NCBI GenBank assembly: GCA_002699445.1
Contig: PAAU01000020.1
Location: 2,532-66,531 of the forward strand
DNA: 64,000 nucleotides
Reading direction: 5' to 3'
Origin: Micrococcales bacterium
GTDB taxonomy: Bacteria > Actinomycetota > Actinomycetes > S36-B12 > GCA-2699445
This document shows, in pieces, positions 11,402 through 21,452 of the stretch. How positions within the stretch are numbered: the first letter of the stretch is position 1; every line of letters begins with the position of its first letter. The notes below the pieces were generated by a model. That model searched no databases. It was not told the DNA's origin and worked only from the letters and a program-made list of their open reading frames with translations. A program made the position numbers and the translations under genes.

Positions 11402-11470
11402 AGTGTCATCGTATGGAGTCACACCACACAGGTGAAACACCACCCCGGGTTAGGACGGCACAATAGACTT

Positions 11471-11827
11471 ATGTCGCAACTAAGTGAGTTCATGAGTCGG
11501 GCTAGGTTTAATGCCGATGGCCTCATTCCGGCCATCGCTCAGGATCGAGAAACTGATGAGGTGCTCATGCTCGCTTGGATGGATGCGGATGCATTGAGGC
11601 GCACTCTGGACACGGGCCAAGCTACCTATTTCAGCCGTAGTCGCCAAGAACAGTGGATCAAAGGCGAAACCTCGGGAAACACTCAAGAGGTGCTCTCGGT
11701 CCGACTCGACTGTGATGGCGATACTGTGCTGCTAGCGGTAAACCAGACTGGTCCGGCTTGTCACACGGGCCAACGTAGTTGCTTCGACAATGGGCCGTCA
11801 GTCGTGCCAGTCGAGGATGTGTCATGA
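11471..11827 (+). CDS. hisI: Phosphoribosyl-AMP cyclohydrolase
   Basis: Motifs [27 protein letters not shown] and ACHTG. Confidence 0.96.
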   Translation: MSQLSEFMSRARFNADGLIPAIAQDRETDEVLMLAWMDADALRRTLDTGQATYFSRSRQEQWIKGETSGNTQEVLSVRLDCDGDTVLLAVNQTGPACHTGQRSCFDNGPSVVPVEDVS

Positions 11828-13389
11828 GTTACGAATACGGCATCGTTTATCCCGATGCCGACAGTTTTGCTGCGATGGCGAAAGAGCGGCAAGTCATTCC
11901 CGTCTTTCGGACTCTGCTAGCAGATGACCACACCGCGATTTCTCTATATCGGGCACTAGCTCAGGAACGACCAGGATCATTCCTTTTGGAATCAGCCGAA
12001 GCGGGGAAGGCTTGGTCTCGTTACTCCTTTATCGGAGTTCGTAGTGCAGCCATGTTGACGGCGGATGACGGTCGTGCTCGTTGGTTGGGGCAACCTCCAA
12101 CGGGGATACCGACCACTGGTCTGGCTGTGGAGGTACTGCGTGACACGATCGCGGCTCTGGCCACTCCCACGATCGAGGGATTGCCACCTTTCACGTCCGG
12201 GATGGTCGGTTACATCTCCTACGATGCCGTTCGACGCTGGGAAAGACTTCCGGACAATAACCCTGACGAGGTGACGCTTCCGGAGTTGGCGATGTTGCTG
12301 GCTACCGATGTCGCCGTCTTGGATCACATGACCGGCACTGTCTGGTTGGTAGCTAATGCAATCAATTTCGATGGTGCCCCGGAACGCTCTGAACGAGCCT
12401 ACGCAGACGCATTGGTCAGGCTAGATCGGATGACCGCCGATTTGACTGAGCCTCGGTCTGCCCAAGCGGCCACGATGGACGTATCGGTACAGCAGATTTC
12501 TCGATCGCGAACCGAACCCGACGACTACTTGGCAGCGGTCGAGGTTGCCCGCGAGCATATTGAGGCAGGAGATGCGTTCCAAATTGTCTTGTCACAGCGC
12601 TTCGATATCGACTGCCCGGCGAGTGCGCTTGATGTCTATCGGGTGCTGCGAACGAGTAATCCGAGTCCGTACATGTACCTACTTCGACTGCCCAAAGTTG
12701 ATGCCACTGACCTGGAGTCGGAAGTCGGATTTGATGTAGTGGGATGCTCGCCAGAGGCATTGGTGACGGTCCGGGATGGTCGTTGCATGATGCACCCGAT
12801 TGCGGGAACACGGCCGCGAAGTGTTGACCCAGAGGTGGATTCGGCCAATGCCGATGAGTTGTTGGCCGACGAAAAAGAACGCGCTGAGCACTTGATGCTC
12901 GTGGATTTGGGCCGAAATGATCTGGGGAGAGTGTGTGTCCCTGGTTCCGTTGAAGTTGTCGAGTTCATGCAGATCGAACGGTATAGCCACGTCATGCATT
13001 TGGTTTCTACAGTCGTGGGTGAGGTAACACCTGGACGCACCGCTTACGACGTGCTTGCGGCGACTTTCCCCGCAGGAACACTGTCAGGTGCGCCAAAAGT
13101 GCGCGCGATGGAGCTCATCGATGAACTCGAGCCAGTGAAGCGTGGACTCTATGGCGGGGCAGTCGGGTACTTCGATTTTGATGGTGGCTTGGATACCGCT
13201 ATTGCCATTCGCACGGCGGTTATTAGAGATGGCGTAGCCCACGTTCAGGCTGGTGCCGGCCTGGTTGCGGACTCGAATCCACGCCATGAGTTTGAGGAAT
13301 GTCGCCACAAGGCGGCCGCAGTGCTGAAAGCGGTGGCAATCGCCAGTACCATGACATCAACGGAAGGGCTGCAGCTAGATGAGCACTAA
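11824..13389 (+). CDS. trpE: Anthranilate synthase component I
   Basis: Motifs [38 protein letters not shown] and [11 protein letters not shown]; ATGA overlap with hisI. Confidence 0.96.
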   Translation: MSYEYGIVYPDADSFAAMAKERQVIPVFRTLLADDHTAISLYRALAQERPGSFLLESAEAGKAWSRYSFIGVRSAAMLTADDGRARWLGQPPTGIPTTGLAVEVLRDTIAALATPTIEGLPPFTSGMVGYISYDAVRRWERLPDNNPDEVTLPELAMLLATDVAVLDHMTGTVWLVANAINFDGAPERSERAYADALVRLDRMTADLTEPRSAQAATMDVSVQQISRSRTEPDDYLAAVEVAREHIEAGDAFQIVLSQRFDIDCPASALDVYRVLRTSNPSPYMYLLRLPKVDATDLESEVGFDVVGCSPEALVTVRDGRCMMHPIAGTRPRSVDPEVDSANADELLADEKERAEHLMLVDLGRNDLGRVCVPGSVEVVEFMQIERYSHVMHLVSTVVGEVTPGRTAYDVLAATFPAGTLSGAPKVRAMELIDELEPVKRGLYGGAVGYFDFDGGLDTAIAIRTAVIRDGVAHVQAGAGLVADSNPRHEFEECRHKAAAVLKAVAIASTMTSTEGLQLDEH

Positions 13390-13576
13390 CCACGGAAACA
13401 CTCCGGCGGCGTGGACTGCCAGTATCGTCATCATGTTGGCTTTCCTCATCGGGACCATCGCGGTGGTTATCGCGAACTGGCCGATGTTTTGGATCGGGGG
13501 CGTCGGTCTCGGTATCGCTGGCATTGTCGCTAGCTGGGTGATGTCCATGATGGGTATGGGCAAAGCCCGAGCCTGA
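13379..13576 (+). CDS. HGxxPAAW family small membrane protein
   Basis: HGNTPAAW followed by two hydrophobic helices; normal position downstream of trpE in actinobacteria. Confidence 0.85.
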   Translation: MSTNHGNTPAAWTASIVIMLAFLIGTIAVVIANWPMFWIGGVGLGIAGIVASWVMSMMGMGKARA

Positions 13577-13584
13577 CGGCTGGC

Positions 13585-14295
13585 GTGACTGAATCACCGG
13601 TGCGCGGCACCGTTCTCGTCGTAGAGGATGAGCCAGCGATAGCGGATGTTGTCGCCATGTACCTTCGACGAGACGGTTTCGAAGCCGTATTAGTAAATGA
13701 TGGAGCCGTCGCGTTAAGTGCTGTTCGCGAGCATTCACCGGTAGCAATCGTGTTGGATGTAGGGCTCCCATCCTTGGATGGCACTGAGGTGTGCCGTCAG
13801 CTGCGAGCTAATGGTGATTGGACTCCGGTCCTCTTTTGCACCGCCCGTGATGACGAAATAGATAGAGTTCTCGGTCTGGAGCTGGGCGGTGATGACTACG
13901 TCACCAAACCGTTTAGTCCGCGAGAACTTGTTGCGCGCGTCAAAGCGGCGGTTCGACGAGCAGCAGGTCCCGCCACCGTCGCCGAAGTTGGGCGGGTTCG
14001 GGTGGATGCCGACGCCCGACGATGCTGGGTCGACGGGACGGAGATTGCCCTAACGGCTACCGAGTTTGATCTGTTGAACTATCTCCTGGCGCGAACGGGT
14101 CGGGTAGTGGCGCGAGGCGAGTTATTGGGCGAAATTTGGGGGTATCCGGAGTCCGTTGGTACGAGAACGGTCGACGTCCACATTGCGCAACTGCGAGCAA
14201 AACTCGGTGACGCTAGCCCCATTCATACAGTTCGTGGTGTTGGCTACACGATCCGTCCACCGGAATCTGGGAGTTCTGAGCTCGGCGATGCCTAG
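13585..14295 (+). CDS. OmpR/PhoB family response regulator
   Basis: Motifs VVEDE, LDVGLP, GGDDYVTKPFS, LTATEF, TRTVDVHI and TVRGVGY. Confidence 0.95.
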   Translation: MTESPVRGTVLVVEDEPAIADVVAMYLRRDGFEAVLVNDGAVALSAVREHSPVAIVLDVGLPSLDGTEVCRQLRANGDWTPVLFCTARDDEIDRVLGLELGGDDYVTKPFSPRELVARVKAAVRRAAGPATVAEVGRVRVDADARRCWVDGTEIALTATEFDLLNYLLARTGRVVARGELLGEIWGYPESVGTRTVDVHIAQLRAKLGDASPIHTVRGVGYTIRPPESGSSELGDA

Positions 14296-15661
14296 GTCCC
14301 GAAATCGTTTCAATAGTCTGACTGCCCGCATCGTGGGTCTAACAGTCTTAGTCGCAGTGATCGCCACGGCTGTTACGGCGCTAGTCGCGTTTCCACTTAT
14401 CAGCCAAGGGGCGCAAGCCCAGGCGGAGTCTGAACTTAATCGAGTAGCAGATGTCTCCCAGGCGGCCTTGCGGTCACCTGTCGATACCGAAGCAGTTACT
14501 CGGTTGCGAGATGAGTTAGAGACTGCTGGAATAACTGCTTTCATCATCGGCTCTCGCCTCACGCCGGTCCCAGGATTAGATATTTCCGTGCAAGAGGAAA
14601 TCTTGCGGGGGCGGTCCATCTCAGGGACTGCCACCGTATCTGGTTCCGAGGTGATGGTTGCTGGCAGGCCGTTGCAAGGCGGCCTGGGGTTGGTGCTTCT
14701 GGCGCCAGCAGATGCTGGCGAACTTGCCGGAGATAATCTTCGGACTGTGCTCGTCGCCTTGCTGGTGGGATTAGCTGTTGCTGTGGTGATCGGTCTGCTG
14801 GCCGCAAGACGACTAACTCGACCACTTCGACGTGCGGCTCAAGCAGCGGAACGGTTGTCTACTGGTGAGCGTGAAGTGCGACTCGACTCAAGTGGTCCTG
14901 ATGAAATATCCGATATCGCGGTCTCGCTGAATCAACTAGGGGACTCACTGGCACTAAGCGAAGGAAGACAGCGAGATTTCTTGCTTTCGGTCTCTCACGA
15001 GTTACGGACTCCGCTGACCGCGATCCGTGGCTACGCCGAAGCCCTCTCGGACGGTTTGGTTAGCGACCCACCTGAAGTCGGTAGTGCGGTTGTCGGCGAG
15101 ACCCGTCGCTTGGAAAGACTGGTCGCAGATTTGCTCGATCTGGCTCGTCTGGGTGCAGTCGATATGTCTATCGAGCTAACTGAAACAGATCTCAGCGATT
15201 TAGTGAATCAGACGGCTCAGGCGTGGTCTGGTCGTTTTGATCAGGCAGGAGTTTTGTTGCGGCTGGAAGTTCCCGAAGAACCGGTCGTCGTACGCGCCGA
15301 TCCGGAACGAGTGCGCCAGATCTTGGACAACCTCATCGAGAACGCTCTTAGAATGACGCCGGAAGGACAGCCAGTCGTTCTTGCCATCACCCGGGCCGGT
15401 CAGTACGGCGCCCTCTCGGTGCGAGATGGTGGCGTGGGCTTGACGAAGGATGACATGGCGGTTGCTTTCGAACCCGCCGCCCTTTTTAGTCGTTACCAAG
15501 GTGTACGCAAGGTCGGTACCGGGGTTGGGTTAGCCCTAGTAGGTCGGTTGGCGGATCGCATGGCGGGGGTTGCTCAGGTGTGGGCGGCTCCGGAAGGTGG
15601 AGCTGCTTTTGGGGTCTGGCTGCCACTGGCCTCGGTAGCAGTCAGTGCTCGTCCGGAGTGA
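14288..15661 (+). CDS. HAMP-domain sensor histidine kinase
   Basis: Two TM helices, HAMP domain, H-box SHELRTPL, N-box NLIENA and G-boxes DGGVG and GTGVGL. ATG 14288 overlaps the regulator's stop. Confidence 0.94.
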   Translation: MPRSRNRFNSLTARIVGLTVLVAVIATAVTALVAFPLISQGAQAQAESELNRVADVSQAALRSPVDTEAVTRLRDELETAGITAFIIGSRLTPVPGLDISVQEEILRGRSISGTATVSGSEVMVAGRPLQGGLGLVLLAPADAGELAGDNLRTVLVALLVGLAVAVVIGLLAARRLTRPLRRAAQAAERLSTGEREVRLDSSGPDEISDIAVSLNQLGDSLALSEGRQRDFLLSVSHELRTPLTAIRGYAEALSDGLVSDPPEVGSAVVGETRRLERLVADLLDLARLGAVDMSIELTETDLSDLVNQTAQAWSGRFDQAGVLLRLEVPEEPVVVRADPERVRQILDNLIENALRMTPEGQPVVLAITRAGQYGALSVRDGGVGLTKDDMAVAFEPAALFSRYQGVRKVGTGVGLALVGRLADRMAGVAQVWAAPEGGAAFGVWLPLASVAVSARPE

Positions 15662-15765
15662 TCAAAACAGTACCTGCAGGTGGACCCCGCGGTTGGGGTC
15701 TTGGTCCGGCTCGCTACTGTGAGGCGCACACTAGGCATTAACCCAAGTTCCCGGGGAGGCCACCA

Positions 15766-16566
15766 ATGACGGTTCTGGACGATATTCTCGCGGGTGCCCG
15801 CGAGGATGTTGAACTGCGCATGGCGGAAACTCCTCTCGAAGTCTTGAAAAATCGTGCTGCGCAACAGGACCGCCCCCGTGACTGTATTTCGGCACTGCGA
15901 GATGGCGGGGTCCAAGTCATCGCGGAGGTAAAGCGAGCGAGCCCAAGTGGGGGAGTCCTGGCCGATATTCCTGATCCTGCCGCGCTGGCCCAGCGCTACG
16001 AAGCCGGTGGTGCTCACATGATCAGTGTGCTCACAGAGCAGCGTAGATTTGATGGTTCGTTAGCTGATCTAGCAGCAGTCCGGGCCGCCGTGGACATCCC
16101 GGTACTGCGAAAAGACTTCGTGGTGACTTCATACCAGTTGTGGGAAGCCCGAGCCTACGGTGCCGATGCGGTGCTCCTTATTGTTGCCGCTCTGGAGCAA
16201 GACGCGTTGGTCAGCTTGATCGAACGAACCCGATCACTGGGGATGGTGCCACTTGTTGAGGTCCATGACGTGTGGGAAGTGGAAAGAGCAGTAGCTGCTG
16301 GTGCCGAACTCATCGGGGTGAATGCTCGTAATCTCAAGACGCTGAACGTAGACCCCGGGGTCTTCGCCACAGTCGCGCCAGCCATACCGCCAGCATGTCT
16401 CAAGGTGGCCGAGTCAGGCATCAAAAGCACCAGAGACCTGCTTTCCTACGCCCATGAGGGTGCGGATGCGGTGCTGGTCGGTGAATCGTTAGTAACGCAA
16501 GGTGATCCTGAAGCTGCAGTGCACGAGCTTGTGACGGCAGGTGCGCACCCATCGCACGGAGGTTAG
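15766..16566 (+). CDS. trpC: Indole-3-glycerol phosphate synthase
   Basis: Motifs [27 protein letters not shown] and VAESG. Confidence 0.97.
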   Translation: MTVLDDILAGAREDVELRMAETPLEVLKNRAAQQDRPRDCISALRDGGVQVIAEVKRASPSGGVLADIPDPAALAQRYEAGGAHMISVLTEQRRFDGSLADLAAVRAAVDIPVLRKDFVVTSYQLWEARAYGADAVLLIVAALEQDALVSLIERTRSLGMVPLVEVHDVWEVERAVAAGAELIGVNARNLKTLNVDPGVFATVAPAIPPACLKVAESGIKSTRDLLSYAHEGADAVLVGESLVTQGDPEAAVHELVTAGAHPSHGG

Positions 16567-16576
16567 CGTGGGAGGT

Positions 16577-17791
16577 ATGACTTCTCAGCCAGCAGTCTCG
16601 GACAAGTTTGGTGACTATGGTGGCCGCTTTGTTCCTGAGGCTCTCATGCATGCACTGGATGAACTTGCCGCAGAGTTTGATGCCGCAATAAACGATCCGG
16701 GTTATGTCGCCACCTTGAACGACCTGATGGTCAATTATGTCGGCAGACCTAGCCCACTGACCGAGGCGCGTAGGTTCGCGGCTCAATGCGGAGGCGCGAC
16801 TGTGCTTCTGAAGCGTGAGGATTTGAACCACACTGGGAGCCACAAGATCAACAATGTCTTGGGTCAACTATTGCTGACCAAGCGCATGGGCAAGAAACGA
16901 GTGATTGCGGAGACTGGGGCGGGGCAGCACGGTGTTGCAACTGCAACCGCCGCGGCACTCATGGGAATCGAGTGCACGGTGTATATGGGAGAAGAAGACA
17001 CCCGTCGGCAAGCACTCAACGTCGCCCGAATGAAAATTCTGGGTGCGGAAGTAGTGGCAGTTACTGCGGGCACGAGAACTCTCAAGGATGCGATCAACGA
17101 GGCAATGCGAGATTGGGTCACCAACGTTGATGACACCCATTACGTGCTCGGTACTGTCACCGGACCCGCGCCCTTCCCTCGGGTAGTACGTCACTTTCAA
17201 TCCATCATCGGGCAGGAAGCTCGAGAGCAGGTCCTAAGACGCTATGAACGGCTACCCGACGCCGTTCTCGCCTGTGTCGGCGGTGGTAGCAACGCGATGG
17301 GATTGTTCAGCGGCTTTGTGGACGATCCTGACGTTCAGTTATACGGTTTCGAGGCTGGCGGCCGAGGCATTGCTAGCGGTGAGCATTCCGCCCGATTTAG
17401 CGGGGGTACCCCAGGAGTCCTGCACGGTGCTCGGACCTACATCTTGCAAGACGAGTTCGGTCAGACACGACCGTCGTACAGCATCAGTGCTGGTTTGGAT
17501 TATCCCGGCGTTGGTCCGGAGCACGCCTGGCTACACGACACCGGGCGCGCCAATTACGAACCGATCAACGACGAAGAAGCGATGACGGCTTTCCGTCTCT
17601 TGTCGCGCACAGAGGGAATAATCCCAGCTATTGAGACTGCCCACGGTATAGCTGGAGCCATGCGAGTTGGTCAGCGGCTGGGTCCGGACGCCGTCTTGTT
17701 GGTGAACCTTTCTGGGCGCGGTGACAAGGACGTCGATACAGCGGCGGCCTATTTCGGTCTTATCGATGATGCCGCGGCAGCAGAGCTATGA
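16577..17791 (+). CDS. trpB: Tryptophan synthase beta chain
   Basis: Motifs [41 protein letters not shown] and LSGRGDKD. Confidence 0.98.
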   Translation: MTSQPAVSDKFGDYGGRFVPEALMHALDELAAEFDAAINDPGYVATLNDLMVNYVGRPSPLTEARRFAAQCGGATVLLKREDLNHTGSHKINNVLGQLLLTKRMGKKRVIAETGAGQHGVATATAAALMGIECTVYMGEEDTRRQALNVARMKILGAEVVAVTAGTRTLKDAINEAMRDWVTNVDDTHYVLGTVTGPAPFPRVVRHFQSIIGQEAREQVLRRYERLPDAVLACVGGGSNAMGLFSGFVDDPDVQLYGFEAGGRGIASGEHSARFSGGTPGVLHGARTYILQDEFGQTRPSYSISAGLDYPGVGPEHAWLHDTGRANYEPINDEEAMTAFRLLSRTEGIIPAIETAHGIAGAMRVGQRLGPDAVLLVNLSGRGDKDVDTAAAYFGLIDDAAAAEL

Positions 17792-18588
17792 CAGTAAGTG
17801 TGGCGGAGGCATTTCAGGCGGCTCGAGGTGAGGGGCGGGCCGCAATAATCGCTTACCTTCCTGCTGGCTTCCCGGATCGCGCTTCTTCGATTCGTCTTAT
17901 TCGGGCCATGATCGACGCCGGAGTCGACATGGTCGAAGTAGGGGTACCGTACTCCGACCCGGTTATGGATGGCCCAGTGATTTGTCGGGCTGCAGAGATC
18001 GCGCTGGAAGCGGGCGCCACGACCGCGGATGCGCTAGAGGTGGTGCGGGCCTGCTCAGACACCCCCGCTGCTATGTTGACGATGTCCTACTGGAACCTCA
18101 TTGAGGCATATGGTCCTGAGCGATTCGCGGCAGATCTTGCGGCTGCCGGTGGCGCGGGAACGATTACCCCAGACCTCACCCCAGAAGAAGGTCAACAATG
18201 GATTGCCGACAGTGATAGCAAACAACTGGCGCACGTCTTCTTGGCGGCCCCGTCATCAGGCGATTCTCGCTTGCAACTAGTGGCTGACTCCAGCGCGGGC
18301 TTTGTTTATGCTGCTTCACTCATGGGAGTCACCGGAGTGCGCTCCGCGGTAGGCGGAACGGCAGAAGAGTTGGTGTCTCGCCTCAGGCAGGTGACTGACA
18401 CACCCGTGGCCGTTGGCTTAGGCGTTTCAACCGCCAAACAGGCCAGTGAAGTAGCCGCATTTGCAGATGGCGTCATCGTGGGGTCCGCCTTCGTCAAACG
18501 AATCCTAGAAGCACCAGACATCGATGCCGCCGAGGGTTCGGTAGCCGAACTAGCTGGGGAACTCGTGGCGGCTTCACATCGTCAATAA
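17788..18588 (+). CDS. trpA: Tryptophan synthase alpha chain
   Basis: Motifs [21 protein letters not shown] and DGVIVGSA. Confidence 0.97.
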   Translation: MTVSVAEAFQAARGEGRAAIIAYLPAGFPDRASSIRLIRAMIDAGVDMVEVGVPYSDPVMDGPVICRAAEIALEAGATTADALEVVRACSDTPAAMLTMSYWNLIEAYGPERFAADLAAAGGAGTITPDLTPEEGQQWIADSDSKQLAHVFLAAPSSGDSRLQLVADSSAGFVYAASLMGVTGVRSAVGGTAEELVSRLRQVTDTPVAVGLGVSTAKQASEVAAFADGVIVGSAFVKRILEAPDIDAAEGSVAELAGELVAASHRQ

Positions 18589-18646
18589 CGTAGGACGCTA
18601 GATTGACAACAACGAGGTCGCTACCGCCCAGAGTGGAGATTCCAGA

Positions 18647-19279
18647 ATGACTACGGAAGCTGTTGCCGGCGCCCCTACTGAGCCGGAACCGAGCGATGAT
18701 CAGCGGCGGTACGTCTGGCCGGCAGTGGAGATGTTGGTATTCGGCGCCATCGGCCTGATAGCAGCTCTAGTGCTATCCATCGATGCAGTCGTGCTGGCGG
18801 CAAATCCGGATGCCGTGTTGTCCTGCAATATCAACTCGAAGATCAGCTGTGGCGCAGTGGGAACTTCTTGGCAGGCTGAGGTCTTCGGTTTTCCCAACAG
18901 TTTTCTCGGCCTCTTGGCTGAACCGGTAGTTATCACCCTTGCAGTTTCTATTCTGGCCTGGCGGGGTCGTGTCTTGTTTCCTCGCTGGTTCATGGTGACT
19001 GCTCAGGCTGTCTACAGCATCGGTCTCGTCCTGGCCTTTTGGTTATTCCACCAGTCGTACTTCGAAATCGGAGCGCTCTGCCCTTGGTGTCTCACGGTGA
19101 CGGCCACAACGCTCTTAGTCTGGATGTCACTAACCCGCATCAATGTGCTGCAAGGGAACTTGGGAGCTGGCCTTAAACGTTCCTTGGAGACACCGATTGT
19201 GGTCTATAAGGCCGACATAGTGGTATCGGTAGTCATCTTGGCGATCATGGCGGGAATGATCGTTTATGGCTACCTATGA
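18647..19279 (+). CDS. Vitamin K epoxide reductase (VKOR) family disulfide-bond formation protein
   Basis: SCNINSKISC loop cysteines, FGFPN and LCPWC active site; several TM helices. Confidence 0.92.
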   Translation: MTTEAVAGAPTEPEPSDDQRRYVWPAVEMLVFGAIGLIAALVLSIDAVVLAANPDAVLSCNINSKISCGAVGTSWQAEVFGFPNSFLGLLAEPVVITLAVSILAWRGRVLFPRWFMVTAQAVYSIGLVLAFWLFHQSYFEIGALCPWCLTVTATTLLVWMSLTRINVLQGNLGAGLKRSLETPIVVYKADIVVSVVILAIMAGMIVYGYL

Positions 19280-19362
19280 TTCGGTCGACCGGTTGACCTC
19301 CGGACGGCAACGCGCAACGTACAATCCAGAAAAGGTGTGGCGATCGGAGGGATCCGCAGGAC

Positions 19363-20145
19363 ATGGGTAGCTCGAATAAGGCGAGACAACGTGCAGCAGA
19401 GGCACGTGCTGCTGAGGAATCGGCTCAAAAGCGGCGACAGCGCATTATCAATTTCAGTATTGGTGGCGTGTTGGTTTTGGTTGTACTTGCCATTGTCGGC
19501 GGAGCCTTCCTCACGAGTCAGTCCAACCAGCAGGCCGATAAGCCAAACCCCGATGCTGCCATACCGGCGGGGACGATTCCGACCGGACAGGATTACGAAT
19601 ACGGAGTTCCCAAGAACGAGGCTTCTGGCAAACCGGTATTGGAGATCTGGGAGGACTTCCAGTGCCCTGCCTGTGCCCAATTCGAGGCAATTTTCGGCAG
19701 CACGGTTAGCGAGATAGCGGAGAAAGATTTGGCCAGAGTCATTTGGCGAAGTACCTCATTCCTCGACGCAAACTTCCCCGGTCAGAACTCGCAGCGCGCT
19801 GCGGCAGCCTGGGGTTGTGCCGTGGATGCCGGTAAGAAGACCGAATATCACGATCTCGTCTACGCGAACCAGCCAGCGAACGAGGGGGACGGTTGGACGC
19901 AAGAGCAGTTGATCGGTTTCGGCGACCAAGCCGGTATCAAGGGTGATGACTTCACTACTTTTGAGCAATGTGTAGTCGACAAGACGTACATGCAATGGGC
20001 CGCGAACGGCACAATCGCTATGGCCGAGGCTGGCGTTGGTGGCACTCCGGGTCTCTTCTTAGATGGAGAGGAACTGACCGACGAACAACGGTCTTCGCCA
20101 GACGCGTTGCTTCAAGCGGTCCAGGAGGCCGGCAAATCCGAGTAG
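19363..20145 (+). CDS. Membrane-anchored DsbA/thioredoxin-fold protein
   Basis: N-terminal TM, EDFQCPAC active site and GTP cis-Pro motif; adjacent to VKOR. Confidence 0.92.
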   Translation: MGSSNKARQRAAEARAAEESAQKRRQRIINFSIGGVLVLVVLAIVGGAFLTSQSNQQADKPNPDAAIPAGTIPTGQDYEYGVPKNEASGKPVLEIWEDFQCPACAQFEAIFGSTVSEIAEKDLARVIWRSTSFLDANFPGQNSQRAAAAWGCAVDAGKKTEYHDLVYANQPANEGDGWTQEQLIGFGDQAGIKGDDFTTFEQCVVDKTYMQWAANGTIAMAEAGVGGTPGLFLDGEELTDEQRSSPDALLQAVQEAGKSE

Positions 20146-20161
20146 TCGGGAAGAAGGCCTC

Positions 20162-21103
20162 GTGACCCTACCACTGAGTATCCCCAGTCCAGAGCAAGGT
20201 GTTTGGTATCTCGGTCCACTGCCGGTCCGTGCTTACGCGTTGCTCATCATTGTGGGGATCGTTGTAGCGATCTGGCTGGGTGAAAAACGCTGGGTCGCTC
20301 GTGGTGGTCGCCCTGGCACCGTCATGGACGTGGCCATCTGGGCGGTGCCTTTCGGTATCGTCGGCGGCCGGATCTATCACGTGATTAGCGACAACCAGCT
20401 CTACTTCAGCGAGGGCGGTTCCGGATTCGCGGGTGCCATCCAGATTTGGCAGGGTGGGCTGGGAATCTGGGGTGCGGTGTTGTTTGGAGGCCTAGGGGCC
20501 TGGATCGGCTGTCGTCGAGCAGGAGTGCCTTTGCCGGCGTTTGGTGATGCCATCGCTCCCGGTATCGTGCTAGCCCAAGCCATTGGACGGCTAGGCAACT
20601 ACTTCAACCAAGAGCTTTTTGGTGCCCCAACTGATGTGCCTTGGGGGCTCGAGATAGATCTTGCTAATCGTCCGCCCGGGTACGAAGGCTTCGAGACTTT
20701 CCATCCCACCTTTCTGTACGAAATGCTGTGGAATTTGGCGGTGTTCGCCATTCTGTTATGGGCGGATCGAAGGTTCCGGATGGGCCACGGCAGAGTATTC
20801 GCCCTATACGTGGCGCTCTACTGCCTTGGTCGGCTTTGGATCGAAATGCTGCGAATCGATACGGCGAACTACATATTTGGACTGCGTCTGAACGTGTGGA
20901 CGTCGGTCCTTGTCGGAGTAGGAGCTTTGGTTTGGCTCATCGTCAGCGCCCGACGGCGTCCGGGTAGAGAGGACCCAGCGATCTTGGATCCGGAATCGGA
21001 CGTAGCCAGCAAAACCGCCCATGATGACGACAGCGAAAACGACGCGGAACCGAGCGCGGACGTGGAAGTGGATACCGGGGCGGAAGCCGAAGAGGATCGC
21101 TAG
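20162..21103 (+). CDS. lgt: Prolipoprotein diacylglyceryl transferase
   Basis: Motifs GGRIYHV, GGLGIWG, AQAIGRLGNYFNQELFG and HPTFLYE; acidic C-terminal tail. Confidence 0.96.
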   Translation: MTLPLSIPSPEQGVWYLGPLPVRAYALLIIVGIVVAIWLGEKRWVARGGRPGTVMDVAIWAVPFGIVGGRIYHVISDNQLYFSEGGSGFAGAIQIWQGGLGIWGAVLFGGLGAWIGCRRAGVPLPAFGDAIAPGIVLAQAIGRLGNYFNQELFGAPTDVPWGLEIDLANRPPGYEGFETFHPTFLYEMLWNLAVFAILLWADRRFRMGHGRVFALYVALYCLGRLWIEMLRIDTANYIFGLRLNVWTSVLVGVGALVWLIVSARRRPGREDPAILDPESDVASKTAHDDDSENDAEPSADVEVDTGAEAEEDR

Positions 21104-21359
21104 GGCTGCGGCTGCGGACTACAAGGTTGCCTTCTCGGCAAGGAACTAACGACCACTGCGATCCACACCACGGCAAGTACGTCTGGGGTTCCAGCGGTTC
21201 CCACAATCGCGGAAAACCAGGCCGGATCAGTTCCGTGGCCGGATCGAGGAGTGACATCCGATTCGGCTAACGGTTCACTCGCGCTCAGACCGTAGTGAGT
21301 CCGGCGGTACGGAGATAGGCGGAAGGGGCCAGGGATTGTGCGGATCCGGGTCCGCCAGT

Positions 21360-21452
21360 TATGCTCCTAGTCACGGGCCAACGTCGTCCCGTGAGCCCTT
21401 ATGCCCTTTCCGCCCAGCGGTCGGATATGTGCTGCCGACGACGGAGGTAACT
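21360..21452 (+). promoter_or_regulatory. gltB promoter (-10 TATGCT) and structured 5'UTR
   Basis: TATGCT 21360-21365; 7-bp stem 21371-21377/21388-21394; loop CGTCGT complementary to ACGACG 21438-21443, next to SD GGAGG. Confidence 0.55.

Noticed and set aside
16567-16576. trpM-like small ORF or Trp attenuator around trpC-trpB and trpE
   Set aside because: Only 10 nt separate trpC and trpB, and trpE overlaps hisI; no Trp-codon leader peptide was seen.
21104-21359. Short repeats (GGCCGGATC x2, GGTTCC x2) and GTGAC/CTAAC GlnR-like half-sites upstream of gltB
   Set aside because: The spacing does not fit the gTnAc-n6-GaAAc GlnR box, and the repeats are too short and few for a CRISPR or REP call.
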